A stretch of DNA of 64,000 nt. Origin: Scenedesmus sp. PABB004 (taxonomy: Eukaryota). This document shows positions 12,674 to 24,306 of this stretch, piece by piece. The DNA lies in NCBI GenBank assembly GCA_014905635.1, contig CM026547.1:4340001-4404000 (forward strand), given 5' to 3'. The position numbers and the translations under genes are program-made. Below the pieces are notes generated by a model that was not told the DNA's origin, did not search any database, and was given only the letters and a program-made list of their open reading frames with translations. The first letter of the stretch is position 1; each line of letters starts with the position of its first letter.

Positions 12674-12933
12674 CGCGGGCGCTGCTGCTGCTGCACGCGG
12701 CGCGGCGGTCTCCGGGCGGCCGTGCGGGGCGGGCCTCGGCTCGAGCTCTGCGCTGGGCGCGCGGGAGGACGGCCCAGGGCTCCACAGCCCGGGGAGGCGG
12801 CCGGGCGGGCCAATCATTTGTGACGACCGCGCCCTGCCGGTTCGCGGGCGGGCCAGAGCGCGGTGTCGAGCTGCCCGCCGCCGTTCAGCGTCGCGGCCGT
12901 CGTCGCAGCAGCAGCAGCAGCCACCTCGGCGCG

Positions 12934-14446
12934 ATGGCCGCCCTCGCGCAGGCCCGCGCGCTGGCGGGCTCCAAGGCGCTCAGCCTGGCGCCCGCGGGCA
13001 CGGCGGCCGCGCGGGCGCCCTCCAACGGCGCGCGCGTCTTCATGCGGCGCCGCGACAGCTACATGGTCGAGGTGCGCCGGCTGCTGCCGCCCGCCGGCGC
13101 CGCCCATTGGCCCGCGCGCCGCGGCCGCGCAGCGGATACCGCCGGCGCCAGCGCGCCCGGGCGCGGCGGGGCCGCAGGCGCGCGGCGGGGTGGGGGCCGC
13201 GCAGCCAAACATTTCGCCAGGCCGCCCGCCAGGGGCGGCGGGTGCCCGCGGAGGCCGGCTCGCGCCGCCCCGGGCAGGCCGCCACGCACGGCGCAGAATT
13301 GGGCGCAGCAGCAGCAGCGCCGCCAGCACGCGGCGGCAGCGGCGGCAGCGCCGGCGGCAGCGGCTCGTGCCGCTGCGCCGCGGCGGCCCACGGCGTGGCG
13401 CGCCGCCGCGGCTGCCGCGCAGGTCAACGTGAACGACACGGAGACCGAGGACCAGGCCGTGCGCCGCTACATGCGCGCCGTGGTGCAGTCGGGCGTCATC
13501 AACAAGGTGCGCCGCACGGCGCCGCGCGGCGCGCGAGCAGCGGCGCTGGCTGGCGGCAGGCGGCCGGCGGCGCTGGCGAGTGTGCTTGCGCCGGTGGCGC
13601 CAGCGCCGGCAGCGAGCAGCGGCGCCAGTGCAGGCAGCGCCGGCGGCCGGAGCTCGCAGCGGCGCGGCGCGACAGCCGCGGCGGTGGCTGCCGCGCGCGG
13701 CTGCGGCCGGCGCCGACGCGCCCCGCCCCTCCACGCCGCGCCCGCGCAGCTGCGCGCGCGCCGCACCAAGGAGACCAAGATCGAGACCTACAAGCGCAAG
13801 CTCGCGGAGCGCGCGCAGGCCCGCAAGTGAGCCGCGCGCCGCCCGCTGAGCCGCGCGCCGCCCGCCTCGCCACGCCGCCCGCGCCGCGCCCGCGCCGCGC
13901 GCCCACGCCCGCCGCCGCCGCCGCCCGCGCTGCGCCGCACCGCCATTGCGCAGGCTCAAGATCGAGGAGCCGACGTGGGAGGAGTTTTACGGCGAGAACG
14001 TGGAGGAGGCGAAGCCGTTTGACGAGTTCTTTTCCAAGCCGGGCGACGAGGAGGAGGAGCTGTACCTCTCCGGCTTCACCGCGGTGCGGCGCGGCGCGGG
14101 CGGCAGCCCAGCCGGCGGCCCGGGCCCGGGGCACGCCCGGGGCGCTCGCGAGAAGGCCGCCGCGGCGCGCACGCAAGGCGGGCGCCGCGCCGGCGCCAGG
14201 GAGGGCGCGCGCGAGCGCCCACGCGTGGCGCCGCGTCGCCGCCGTGCCGTGCGCTTGCAGGACCTGCCGCTGCTGGACGCGGGCTACTACGAGGGCCCCA
14301 TGTACGACCTCTCCAGCTACGAGGCGCAGCAGGCGGCGGGCGTGGCGGGCGGCTACGCGCCGGAGCAGGGCGGCTACATCAACAGCGCGGGCGGCTACAT
14401 CAACAGCGCGGCCGGCGGCGACTACGCGGCGCCCGCGCAGCAGTAG
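12934..14446 (+). CDS. PRPS21: Plastid 30S ribosomal protein S21 (bS21c) with acidic C-terminal extension, 5 exons
   Basis: Transit peptide, then [50 protein letters not shown] (S21 core). TAG at 14444-14446. Confidence 0.85.
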
Positions 14447-14722
14447 CGGCGGCGGCAGGCAGCAGCGGCAGCAGCAGCAGCGGTTGACTGGCCGCGGGCC
14501 CGCGCGGCGGCTGCAGGCGCAGCGGCCGACGCGGGGCGCGCCACCCAGCGCGTCGCGGCAGCTGGGGGCTCGCGCGCGCGCCCCTCCCTCGCGTGGGCGC
14601 GCGCGCTGACCGGGATGGCAGGGCGGGGACTGCGGGCGCACGGCGGCGGGTGTGAGCTGTGAGCTGCGAGGGCGGGCAGGCCGGGCAGGGGGTGCGCAGC
14701 GTCGGTGCTCCGTTTGCACGCG

Positions 14723-14727
14723 TGTAA
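14723..14727 (+). promoter_or_regulatory. Putative poly(A) signal TGTAA for PRPS21
   Basis: TGTAA ~280 bp after the stop, the characteristic chlorophyte signal. Confidence 0.5.
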
Positions 14728-14731
14728 GCGG

Positions 14732-15982
14732 TCAGCCCTCGCGCCCGTCGCCGCCACCCGCGCCCCCAGCGTCGCCGCCGGCCTCGGCCCCCCCGCCGCC
14801 GCCAGCCGCCTCGCGCGCCGCCGCCGCGAGCAGCGCCATGTGCTCCGGCCCCACGCCGCAGCAGCCGCCGATGATGCACGCGCCGGCAGCGCGCCACGCG
14901 AGCGCGTGGCCGAGGTAGGCAGCCGGCGTGATGGCGCCCTCCGCGTCGTACTCGCCTGTGGTCCGCGCGGGCCGCCGGCGGTCGGCGGCGGCGGCGGGCC
15001 GAGGCGCCACGTCGCTGCGTGCGTGCGCTGCGCGAGGGCGCTCGGACGGCCCGCGCTCCGCGCCGCCGCACCTGGGTCGGGCTGCAGCAGCTCTGCCCCC
15101 GCCTCGTCCGCCTCGCCGCCGCGCAGCCAGGCGCTGGTGGTCGTGCGAAATCCGTTTGCGTAGCAGCCGACCAGCGCGCCCGGCGGGGCGTGGCGCAGCA
15201 GCACCGGCAGCGCCGCCGCCGCCGCGCCGGGCGCGCAGCAGTTGACCAGCACCGCCGCCGCGTGGCCCTGCGCCGCCAGGCCCGCCGCCGCCTCGGCCAG
15301 GGGCTCGCCGCCGCGCAGGCGCGCGCGGGCGCTGTCCTCGAGCGTGAACGACACCCACACCGGCTTGCCTGGCCGACGGTCGCGGCGGGGGCAGCGGCGG
15401 CCGTCGCCCAGCGCGGCGCGGCGCACGCGCAGCGCATGCCCTCGGGTCGCCGCCGCGCCGCGGCGGCGCACCGCGGCCCGCGGTCGCCTGCAGCGCCGCG
15501 TGCGCCTCGGCGGCGGTCGAGAGCGTCTCTGCGAGGAACAGGTCCACGTGCGGCGCGAGCGCGTCCGCGAGCTCAGCATACTCCGACGCCAGCGCGGCGT
15601 CGTTCGGCAGGCCAGCACACTGGTAGCTCTCGCGCAGCGGCGGCAGCGACCCCGCGACGAGCACGCGGCGGCCGGGCGCGTCCGCGGCGGCGCGCGCGAG
15701 CGCGCCGGCGCGCGCCGCGAGGGCCGCCGCGTCGCCGGCGCGGCCGACCTTGGCCAGGCTGTGTCGCGTGGCGGCGAAGCTGTTGGTCGTGATCACGTCG
15801 CAGCCGGCGGCGACGTAGGCGGCGTGCGCGGCGGCCACGTCGCCGGGGGACGCCTTGAGGGCCAGGACGCCGGCCAGGAACTGCTGCTCGTACGGCAGCC
15901 CCGCCACGGCAGCGCAGCGCGCCTTGAGCAGGTGCCCCATCCCCCCGTCGAGCACCAGCAGCGGCCGCTGCTCCCGCGCCAT
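14732..15982 (-). CDS. HMT: Homocysteine S-methyltransferase family protein, 3 exons
   Basis: LVLDGGMGHLLK, AHAAYVAAGCDVITTNSF, VAGSLPPLRESY, DLFLAET, KPVWVSFTL, VLVNC, YANGF and the Zn-binding IIGGCCGVGPEHM. Confidence 0.93.
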   Translation of the reverse strand: MAREQRPLLVLDGGMGHLLKARCAAVAGLPYEQQFLAGVLALKASPGDVAAAHAAYVAAGCDVITTNSFAATRHSLAKVGRAGDAAALAARAGALARAAADAPGRRVLVAGSLPPLRESYQCAGLPNDAALASEYAELADALAPHVDLFLAETLSTAAEAHAALQATAGRGAPPRRGGDPRACAARAPRRAGRRPPLPPPRPSARQAGVGVVHARGQRPRAPARRRAPGRGGGGPGGAGPRGGGAGQLLRARRGGGGAAGAAAPRPAGRAGRLLRKRISHDHQRLAARRRGGRGGGRAAAARPRCGGAERGPSERPRAAHARSDVAPRPAAAADRRRPARTTGEYDAEGAITPAAYLGHALAWRAAGACIIGGCCGVGPEHMALLAAAAREAAGGGGGAEAGGDAGGAGGGDGREG

Positions 15983-16450
15983 GGCGCCGGCGCGCGGCCG
16001 CGGCGGCACCAGGCGCTGCTGCCGGCGCGCGGCGGTCGCGGCGGTGGCGACGGGGGCGCCGCCGCTGCTGCCGGCGCGCGGCCGCGGCGGCGGCAACGGT
16101 GCGCCGCTGCTGCCGCGGGGATGTCGGCCGTGCGGACTGGAGGCTCGTGGTGTGTCGGGGCGCGGTGGGTGTTCGCGGCGCGGCGCCGGCGCCCCGGCGG
16201 CGCGTTCAAACGAACAGGCGCCCTGCCCCGCCCGCCCGGGCCGCCGCGCTGTTCCGCCCGCAGACAGCTCCGACAGCGCGTCCAGCGTGCGCCGCTCCCC
16301 GCCGGCCCCGTCGCTGGCGTTGTTGGCTCGCCTGCACATGCCGCCCTGCCCCGCACCCCTGGCGCCGCGCGGGGCGCGTGTGGCGTGCTGGGCGTGAGTT
16401 CACTGGCCCAACCTAGACCCTGGGTCCACGGCAGCAGCGCGGCGACCGCC

Positions 16451-19400
16451 ATGGCGTCCCCGGAGCTCGCGGCGCTGCTGTGCGGGCTCGCCGGCCACGC
16501 GCCGGGGCTGTCGCGCACCGAGTCGCTGGAGGAGTACCAGCGGCACGCGCGCGAGGTCTGCGGCGCCTGTGCCCTGACGCCCGCGCAGCTGGCGGGCGTG
16601 CGGGGCGGCCTGGCGGCCCTGGACGGCGCAGCGTGGGCCGCGCTCGCCGACGAGGGCGCGGCGGTTGCGGACGCCGTCAAGTGCGGCGCGCGCGCGGCAG
16701 CGCCCGCGCTCTTGCGCGCGCGCACAGCCCCGCGCCCGCGGCGTGCCGAGCGCGCCGCCGCCGCCGCTCGCAGGACGCTCAACGCGCTGATGCGGTACGG
16801 CAGCACGGCCCAGGCCTGCACCGCCGCGGCGCTGTTTTCGTGGATGCTGCGCGCGCCCGACGCGCCGGTGAGCGGGCGCCGCCGCAGCGGCCGGCTGCGC
16901 GGCGGCAGCCCGCGGCGCCCGCGGCAGCGGCGCCCGCGGCAGCGGTGCCCGCGGCAGCGGCGCCCGCCGCGCGCACCGGGCGCCGAGCCCACCACACACG
17001 CACGCGCGTGCGCCGCCGCCGTCGCCGCTGCTGGCAGGTGCACGTGCTGCTCGACACGCTCACCTTCTCGGGCTGCATGCAGCGCGTCAAGGAGTCGGTC
17101 TTTGCCGTCGCCGCCGGCGGCAAGGCCCGTGGCGCCAAGGCGGGCCAGGCGAGCCAGCGCGGCGCGGCGCAGGCGGACGGCGACGACGACGGCGAGGGCT
17201 CCGAGGAGGACGAGGCGCCGGCGCCCGCGCGCGGCGCCGCGGGCTCGGCGGCCGACGTGGAGCTCGCGCTGTGCCTGTGCCACGAGACGCTGACCAACCT
17301 GGCGGCAATGGCGAGCCAGACGCCGCTGCGCGGCAGCCAGGAGGTGCTGCAGGCGGGGCTGGAGGGCGGGACAGACCTGGCGGCCAGCCCCAAGGCCGCC
17401 AAGCCGCCCGGCGGCAGCAAGAGCCTGGGCCTCTCGGCAGGTGCGCCGGCGCCGCCGCGCGCGGCAGCGGCCGCGGCGCCCAGCGCGCCGCTGCCGTGAC
17501 CGCCGCGCCGCCGCCGCCGCCGTGCCACCGCCGCCGCCCCCGCAGGCAGCATCAGCGCTGCGGCGTACGCGCTGCTCGATGCGCTGTTCAGCCCCCGCCA
17601 CGGCGACATGCAGGCCATGGCGGCGGTGCTGCTGCCGCGCCTCACGCCCCTCATGGCCGGCGCGGCGCTGCCCGGCGGCAAGCGCAGCGCGGCCGAGGCC
17701 GGCGCCGCGCGCGCCGCAGCGGTCGCGTTTGTGCGCGGCGCGTACGGGTGAGCTGCGCGGGGGCCTGCGCCGCAGCGCGGGCCGCCCCGGCGCCGGCGCG
17801 GCCGCCCAGCCCGCCGAGCCCGCGCCCGCCGCCGCCGCCAGGCGTCACCCTGAGATCGAGGCGGCCGTCGCGGCGCTGGCGCGCCACGTGTGCCTGCGCG
17901 CGCCGGACAAGGCCGACAGCCGCGCGGCCGCCATCAGGGCGTGCACGGAGCTCGCGGCCGACCTGCCGCAGGGCGAGCAGGAGCAGTTTGTGGGCTTTGT
18001 GTTCTCGCTCAGCCGCACAAACAAGGTCCGGCGCGCGCCAAAGCAGCGGCAGCGCCGCCCGCGCGCGCGCGCCGGCGCCGGCGGCCCTGCCCTCGCCGCC
18101 GACCGCGCGCGCGCCCGCACGCGTGCGCGCAGCTCGGCCTGCGCACGCTGTCGGTGGGCCTCGCCAACGCGCTGCTGATGAACCTGCCCGAGCCGTTCAA
18201 GCGCAGCACCTTTGCGGCGGCCGCGGCGGCCGGCGCGGCGGCGGCCGGGCACGGCGACGACGACGCGGCGCCCGCGCGCGCCGCCGCGCCGGCGCCGCCG
18301 GCGGGCATGGCCGTGGCGCCCTGGAGCGTCGTCGCGCTGGCGGCGCTCCTGCAGCGGTGAGGCGCTGCGGCGGCCGGGGAGCGGCCCCGCACGGGCTCGG
18401 CGCCCCCGGCCGCGCGCCCGCCCGCTCACCGCGCCGCCGCCACGGCACCCGCGCCCGCTGCGCAGGTGCAGCGACAAGTCGGCGGTCGTGCGCGGCCGCG
18501 CGCTGAGCGACCTGGCCGAGGTGGTGGACTGCTTTGCCAGCCTGCTGGCGCAGGAGCCCGGCAGCGAGCAGCACCAGGTGGCGGAGGCATTTGTGGAGGG
18601 CCTCTGCGCCGCCGCGGCGCTGCAGCTCCCCCAGCCCAAGGCCGCCGCCGCGGCGGCGGCAGCGCCGCAGCGCCGCAAGCCGCGCCGCGCGGGGCGGGGC
18701 GACGACGACGGCAGCGACGGCGACGACGGCGACGAGGCGTACAGCCCCGGCGCGGCGCGGCGCGGCCGCGGCGGCAGCGCCGGCGCTGACGAGCCCGCTG
18801 GCGACGGGGGCTCGCCGCGCGCCGCCGAGGCGGCCGCGGAGGCCGGCGGCGAGGACGAGGAGCCGGCGTGCGCGCAGCGCCCCCGCGCGCGGCAGGGCGC
18901 CGCGTTTGTGGCGTTTGTGCCGTCGCAGCTCAGCGCGGTGAGCTGCGAGCGCGCCGGCCAGGCGGCCGCCGCCCTGCGCGCCCGCGAGCTCACGCGCCCG
19001 CCCGCCCGCCGGCGCGCGCGCAGGACCTTGGCCCTGTGACCGCGCTCGTGCACCGCCGCTGCGGCGACGCCAAGGCCGCGGTGCGGCGCGGCGGGCTGCA
19101 GCTGCTCGAGGCGCTGCTCATCATGCGCGGCAGCTGGGCGGGCTACCCGCGCCAGCTGCCCGGCAGCGCCGACCTGAGCCTGCTGGAGGCGGCCACGGCC
19201 GACCCGCTGGTGCGCTGCCGCCGCCGGGCGCTGCGGGCGGGCGCGGCTAGCGGCGCTGTGCGCGCCGCCGGCCGCTGACCGCTGACCGCCGACCGCCGAC
19301 CGCCGACCGCCCCTGGGACCGCGCGCAGGTGAGCGTGCGCAAGGCTGCCCTGGTGGCGCTGAGCACGCTGGTGGAGCTCTTCCCCGGCGAGCCCAGCCTC

Positions 19401-22400
19401 GCGGCCGCGTGGGTGTCGAGCGCGCTGCCGCTCGTGCGCGACGTGGAGGCGACGGTCCAGGACGCGCTCGCTGACTGGGCGGCGGCGCTGCTGTTGGACA
19501 AGGCCGCCGCGGTGGGCGGCGCGGCGGCCAAGGCCACCAAGCGCGGCGCCGCGCCGGCCGCGTCCGAGGCGGGCGACGGCATGGACTGGCAGCCCGAGGG
19601 CGGCGGCGGCGGCGCCGGCGGCGATGACGACGGCGACGCGGCGTCCGCGGAGCTGCGCGCGCTGCTGGCCGCGGTCGCGGGCGTCGGGCGCGCTGCGGGC
19701 GCGTGCCTCGGCAAGCTGTGCGCGGGGCTGGCGGCCAAGAGGAAGCTCAAGGCGGGGCCGGTCTGCCGCGGACTGGAGGCGGTCATCGCCGGTGCGCAGC
19801 GGCCGCGCGCGCTGACCGCCCCGCGGCCCGGGCCGGCTACGGGCCACAGCCCGAGGGCCCCCCCCCAGCCCAGCCCAGCGCGCGGCGCCGGGCGCACAGA
19901 GCTGACATGCGCGCGCCGCGCCGCGCCGCGCTCGCAGGCACGCCGACCGGCAGCGCGTCGGCGCTGGGGGCGTACGCGCTGCTCAAAGAGGTGGCAGCGC
20001 AGGACGTGGCCGCGCCGAGCTGGCGCTTCCTGCAGCAGCGCTGGGCCGCGGTGCGCGACAGCGCGGCCGCTGCGGCGCAGCACGGCGCCGCCGGCGACGT
20101 GGCCGGTTCCGCGGCCGCGGTGGCGGGGCTGGCGGACGAGGCGGCCGCGGTGCTCCTGGTTATCACCCAGACGGCCGCCGGCTTCCCGGCGGACCAGGCG
20201 CAGGCGCTCGCGGCCGAGCTGCTGCAGGTGCAGGGCGGGTGGCGCGCCGCGCCGGCCGCCGCGCGCCGGGCCCCCTGCGCCGCCACCGCGCACACTCGCG
20301 CCACGCGCCGTCCGCGGCACCCCCGCGCGCCCGCCCGCGCCGCAGCACACGCTGTCGTTCCAGCTGCCGCCCGCCGCCGCGGGCGCGCACGTGGCGGCGC
20401 TGTTCAAGCTCACCGAGGCTGCCAGCGGCGCGGCGACGGGCACCCCGGCGCAGTGGGCGCGGCAGGTCTACGCCGCCGCGCACGAGTGCCTGCGCAGGTG
20501 GGCCACGCGCCGGCCGCGGGCCGCGGGCCGCGGGCCGTGCCTCTGCGCCGCTGCGCCCGCCCGGCCCGGGCGCCGCCCACGCGCCGCCGCGCCGCCCGGG
20601 CGCCGCAGGTACATCGACGTGCGCTCCGCGCCCGGCCTCGCCGGCGCGGGCGACGCGGCGCTGGACCACGCGACCTGCGCCGCGGTGTTCACGGCCGGGG
20701 AGGTCGCGCTGCTCCGCGTGGCCAAGCCGCCCGGCGGGCTGACCGTCCTGCTCCAAGCGCTGACCGGGCACCGCTTCATTCCCTCGGCGCCGCCCAGCGG
20801 CGCGCCGGGGGGCTCGCAGCAGCCCGGCGACGGCGACGGGGCGGGCGGCGCGGCGCCGGCTGGCGGCCGGCCCGTGCCCGGCGCGGTGCAGGCGCACGCG
20901 TGGACGGCGCTGGGCAAGGTCTGCCTCGTGGACGAGGGCCTCGCCAAGAAGGTGGTCCCCCTGTTTGTCCAGGTGCGCGCCCGCGCGCCGCCGCCCGCCC
21001 GCGCGCCACGCTGCCGCCGCGGCGCCGCCCCGCCGCCGCGCGCGACACCGCGCCGCCCCGCCGCCCGGCGCCACCCCTCCTGCCGCCGCTGCAACACCCC
21101 GCAGGAGCTGGGGCGGTCGCCGCTGCCGGTCGTGCGCAACAACATCATGGTCGCCCTGAGCGACATGCTCATCCAGTACACGGCGCTCGTGGACGCGCAC
21201 ATGCCGCGCCTCGCCGCATGCATCCGGTGCGCCGCCGCGCCCGCGCGGCGCGGCCGGCGAGGCTCTCAGCGCGCGCGCGGCGCGTGCCGGCCGCCGCGCT
21301 CACGGGGGGCGCCGCCGCCGCCGCCGCCGCCGCGGCGCGCAGCGACCGGCACGAGCTCGTGCGGCGGCAGGCGCTGGCGCTGCTGGCCAACCTGCTCATG
21401 AAGGACTACGTCAAGTGGCGGGGGCCCCTCTTCCACAGGTTCCTTCTCGCGCTCGTCGACCCGAGCCCCGCGGTGCGCGCGCTGGCCGAGTACCTGCTGC
21501 GCGACACGCTCGCGACCAAGGCGCCGCTGCTCGCGTACAACCACTTTGTGGAGGCGCTCTTCGTGCTCAACGGCTGCACCGCCGGCCTGCACGGCGCGCG
21601 CCTCGGCGCGCACATCGGCCCCGCCGGCGGCGGCGGCAGCGGCGGCGCCGGCGACGACGACGCGGGCGACGGCGGCGGCAGCGGCGGCGACGGCGAGGCG
21701 TGGCTGGCGGCGACGGCGCAGTTCACGCTCAAGGGCCGCGCCAACAGGTGGGGCGCCGCGCCGCCACGCCGCGGGCGCGCGCGGCGCCGCGCCCGCCCGC
21801 CGAGCGCCCGGCGACCCCGCGCGACGCACCTCCCTGCCTCGCGCCTCGCCCTCGTCCCTCGTCCCTCGCCAGGCCCGCGCGCGACGTCATCTACGCGAGC
21901 CTCCTGCGCTCGATGTCGCCGGAGCACAAGTTCAGCTCCGCGGCCAAGCTCGCGGGCGAGGTGCTCGCGGGCGTCGCGGACGGGCTGCTGCCGCTGGCAG
22001 AGGCGGAGGAGGTGCTGCGTGACGCGCTGGTGCTGATGGCCAGCAAGGACATCAAGGTGCGGCGCCGCGGCGGCGCGCCCGCGCCCACGCGCGGCCGGCG
22101 CGCCGCCCGCGCCTGCACCCCTGCTGAGCCCCGGCCGCCACCGACAGGTGTCAGCGAGCCGCCTCGCCGCCACGGACGACGACGAGCTGCCCGCGCCCGG
22201 CGGCGGGCCGGGCGGCCCCGGCGCGGGCAGCGCGACCGCGGCCGAGGCGGCCGCGCGCGCGCGGGGCAAGCTCGTGTCGGCGCTGATGAAGCGACACCTG
22301 GTGGAGCAGGTCGTGCCGGTCCTGGTGGAGCTGCGGCGCCTGCTCGCCGAGGTGCGCCTGCTCTCTCTCTCTCTCGCGCGCGCGGCACGCCGCGCCGCCC

Positions 22401-23485
22401 CCGCGCGCCGCGCGCGCGCACGCCTGCGCCCCACTCACTGCCTGCCCGCCCGCGCGCCCGCCCGCCCGCCGTGCCACGCGCCGCCGCGCCGCGCGCCAGG
22501 CCAAGCACCCGCTGCTGGGCGAGCTCATGGGCTGCTTCGCGGCGCTGCTGCGGGACTACAAGGGCGAGGTGGAGGACATCCTGGTCGCCGACAAGCAGCT
22601 GGCAAAGGAGATCCTCTACGACATCAAGCAGGCAGAGCTGGCCAAGACCCAGATGGCCGCCGCCGCGGCGGCGGCGCACGCGGCGCACGCGGCCGGCGAC
22701 GGCGCCGACGGCGGCGCGCCGGCCGCGCGCTCGCCGCCGCCCGCGGGCGTGGTGCCCGGCACGCCGGTCGCGGCCGAGGTGCTGGCCACGGCGGAGCGGG
22801 AGCGCCGCGAGCGGCTGGCGCACGCGGCGGCCGCCGCGGCCGGCGGCGGCGACGGCGGCGCGGCCGGCGCGGGCACGCCCGCGCCGCCCGGCGGCGGCGG
22901 CGTGCTGCGGACGCCCGCGTCCGCGGGCACCGCCGCGCGGTCGCGCCTGGCGGGCGCGGGCACGGCGGGCAGGGCGCCGCCGGGCGTGTTCAAGACGCCC
23001 GCGCCCAAGGTGCCCGGCAGCACTGCCGGCGCGTCCACGGCCGCGACGGGCACGGGCGCGAGGAGCGTGGCTGCGTCGCCCGCGCCCCTGACGCTGCCCA
23101 AGGGCGGGCCGCGCGTCGGGCGCGCGCGCGGCGCGGACGAGAACCAGGCGCCCGGCACAGGCGGTGCGTGGCCCGCAGCCGCTGCGCGCGCGCGCGCGCG
23201 CGCGCGCGCCTCGCGCCTTGCGCCCGCGCTCACGCGCGCGCGCGGTCCGATCGCAGGCCACGCCGCGCCGAACGTCAGCGCAGCAGCGGCGGCGGCGCGG
23301 CGCGCGGCCGGCGGCTCGCCGGCCGAGGCAACCAACGTCGTGCTGCCGAGCCCGTACGCCGCGAGCTCGCCCCGGCAGTGGAACATCCCGCAGCACGTGG
23401 CCACGGGCGAGAAGCCGGCGCGCGGCGCGCGCGCGCGGCGCGGCGCGGCGGCGGGGGCGCTGGAGCGGGAGCTCGCGCAGGCGGC

Positions 23486-23522
<37 letters not shown>

Positions 23523-23930
23523 GCGGAGGAGCAGCGCCGGCCCGCCGCGGGCGCGCGGCGCGGGCGCGCCGCTGGCAGGCCCGAGGCGGCCGCGCCGGAC
23601 GTGGGGGGCGACGGCGGCCGGCGGCCGGCCGGCAGGTGCGGGGCCGCGTCGCGCGCCGGGCGGTGCGGCGCGCGCCGCCGCGCGCCGGGGCGGGGCGGCG
23701 CGTGCCGACTGCGCCGACCGCCCGCGCGCAGGGCCGCCGCGCGGCGCGAGGCGCTGCAGCCGACGGACGTGAACGAGGCGCCGCCGCCGGCCGGCCAGAA
23801 GGCCAGGGCCCGCGCGGCGCGGGGCGCCCGGGAGGCCAAGCCGGCGACGGTCAAGGCCGAGCCCGCGGCGGCGGAGCCGGAGGCGCGCCGCGGCGCCGCG
23901 GCGGGGGGCCGCAAGCGCCGCAACGCTTGA
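16451..23930 (+). CDS. CAP-D3: Condensin II complex subunit D3 (HEAT/Cnd1 domain), many exons
   Basis: AWTALGKVCLVDEGLAKKVVPLFVQELGRSPLPVVRNNIMVALSDMLIQYTALVD...DRHELVRRQALALLANLLMKDYVKWRGPLFHRFLLALVD...YNHFVEALFVLN, and HPLLGELMGCFAALLRDYKGEVEDILVADKQLAKEILYD. Confidence 0.92.
19272..19310. repeat. Intronic heptamer tandem repeat (CYGACCG)n
   Basis: ctgaccg ctgaccg ccgaccg ccgaccg ccgaccg just before a CAP-D3 acceptor. Confidence 0.8.
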
Positions 23931-23975
23931 GCGCGTGGCGCTGGAGCTGCTGCGTCCGCGGGGAGCTGTCACACG

Positions 23976-23980
23976 TGTAA
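23976..23980 (+). promoter_or_regulatory. Putative poly(A) signal TGTAA for CAP-D3
   Basis: TGTAA ~45 bp after the stop codon. Confidence 0.5.
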
Positions 23981-24306
23981 CGGCGCGTGACGCGCCGCTG
24001 CCGGGGCGCAGCAGCGGCGGCAGCGGCGCAGCGCGCGCCGCCGCCTCCTCACGCCGTGCCCCTCCCACAAGCTCATACAGCCGCACACGCGCAGCGACAC
24101 GCGGAGCGTGCATAAGCGCACGGCTCCACGCAACTTCCCAGCGCCTGCTTCACCGCTCGCGGTCCGCCGCGTCATGCGGTCGCCTCAGGCCGCGCTCACG
24201 CAGAGGATGCGCGCCGCGCGCGCTGCTCAGCCCCAGGGCTGAGCAGCGAGCGCCGCGGCCCGGCCCGCTCGAGCAGGGCCCCGCAAGGGCGCCCGCGCGG
24301 GCCGTC

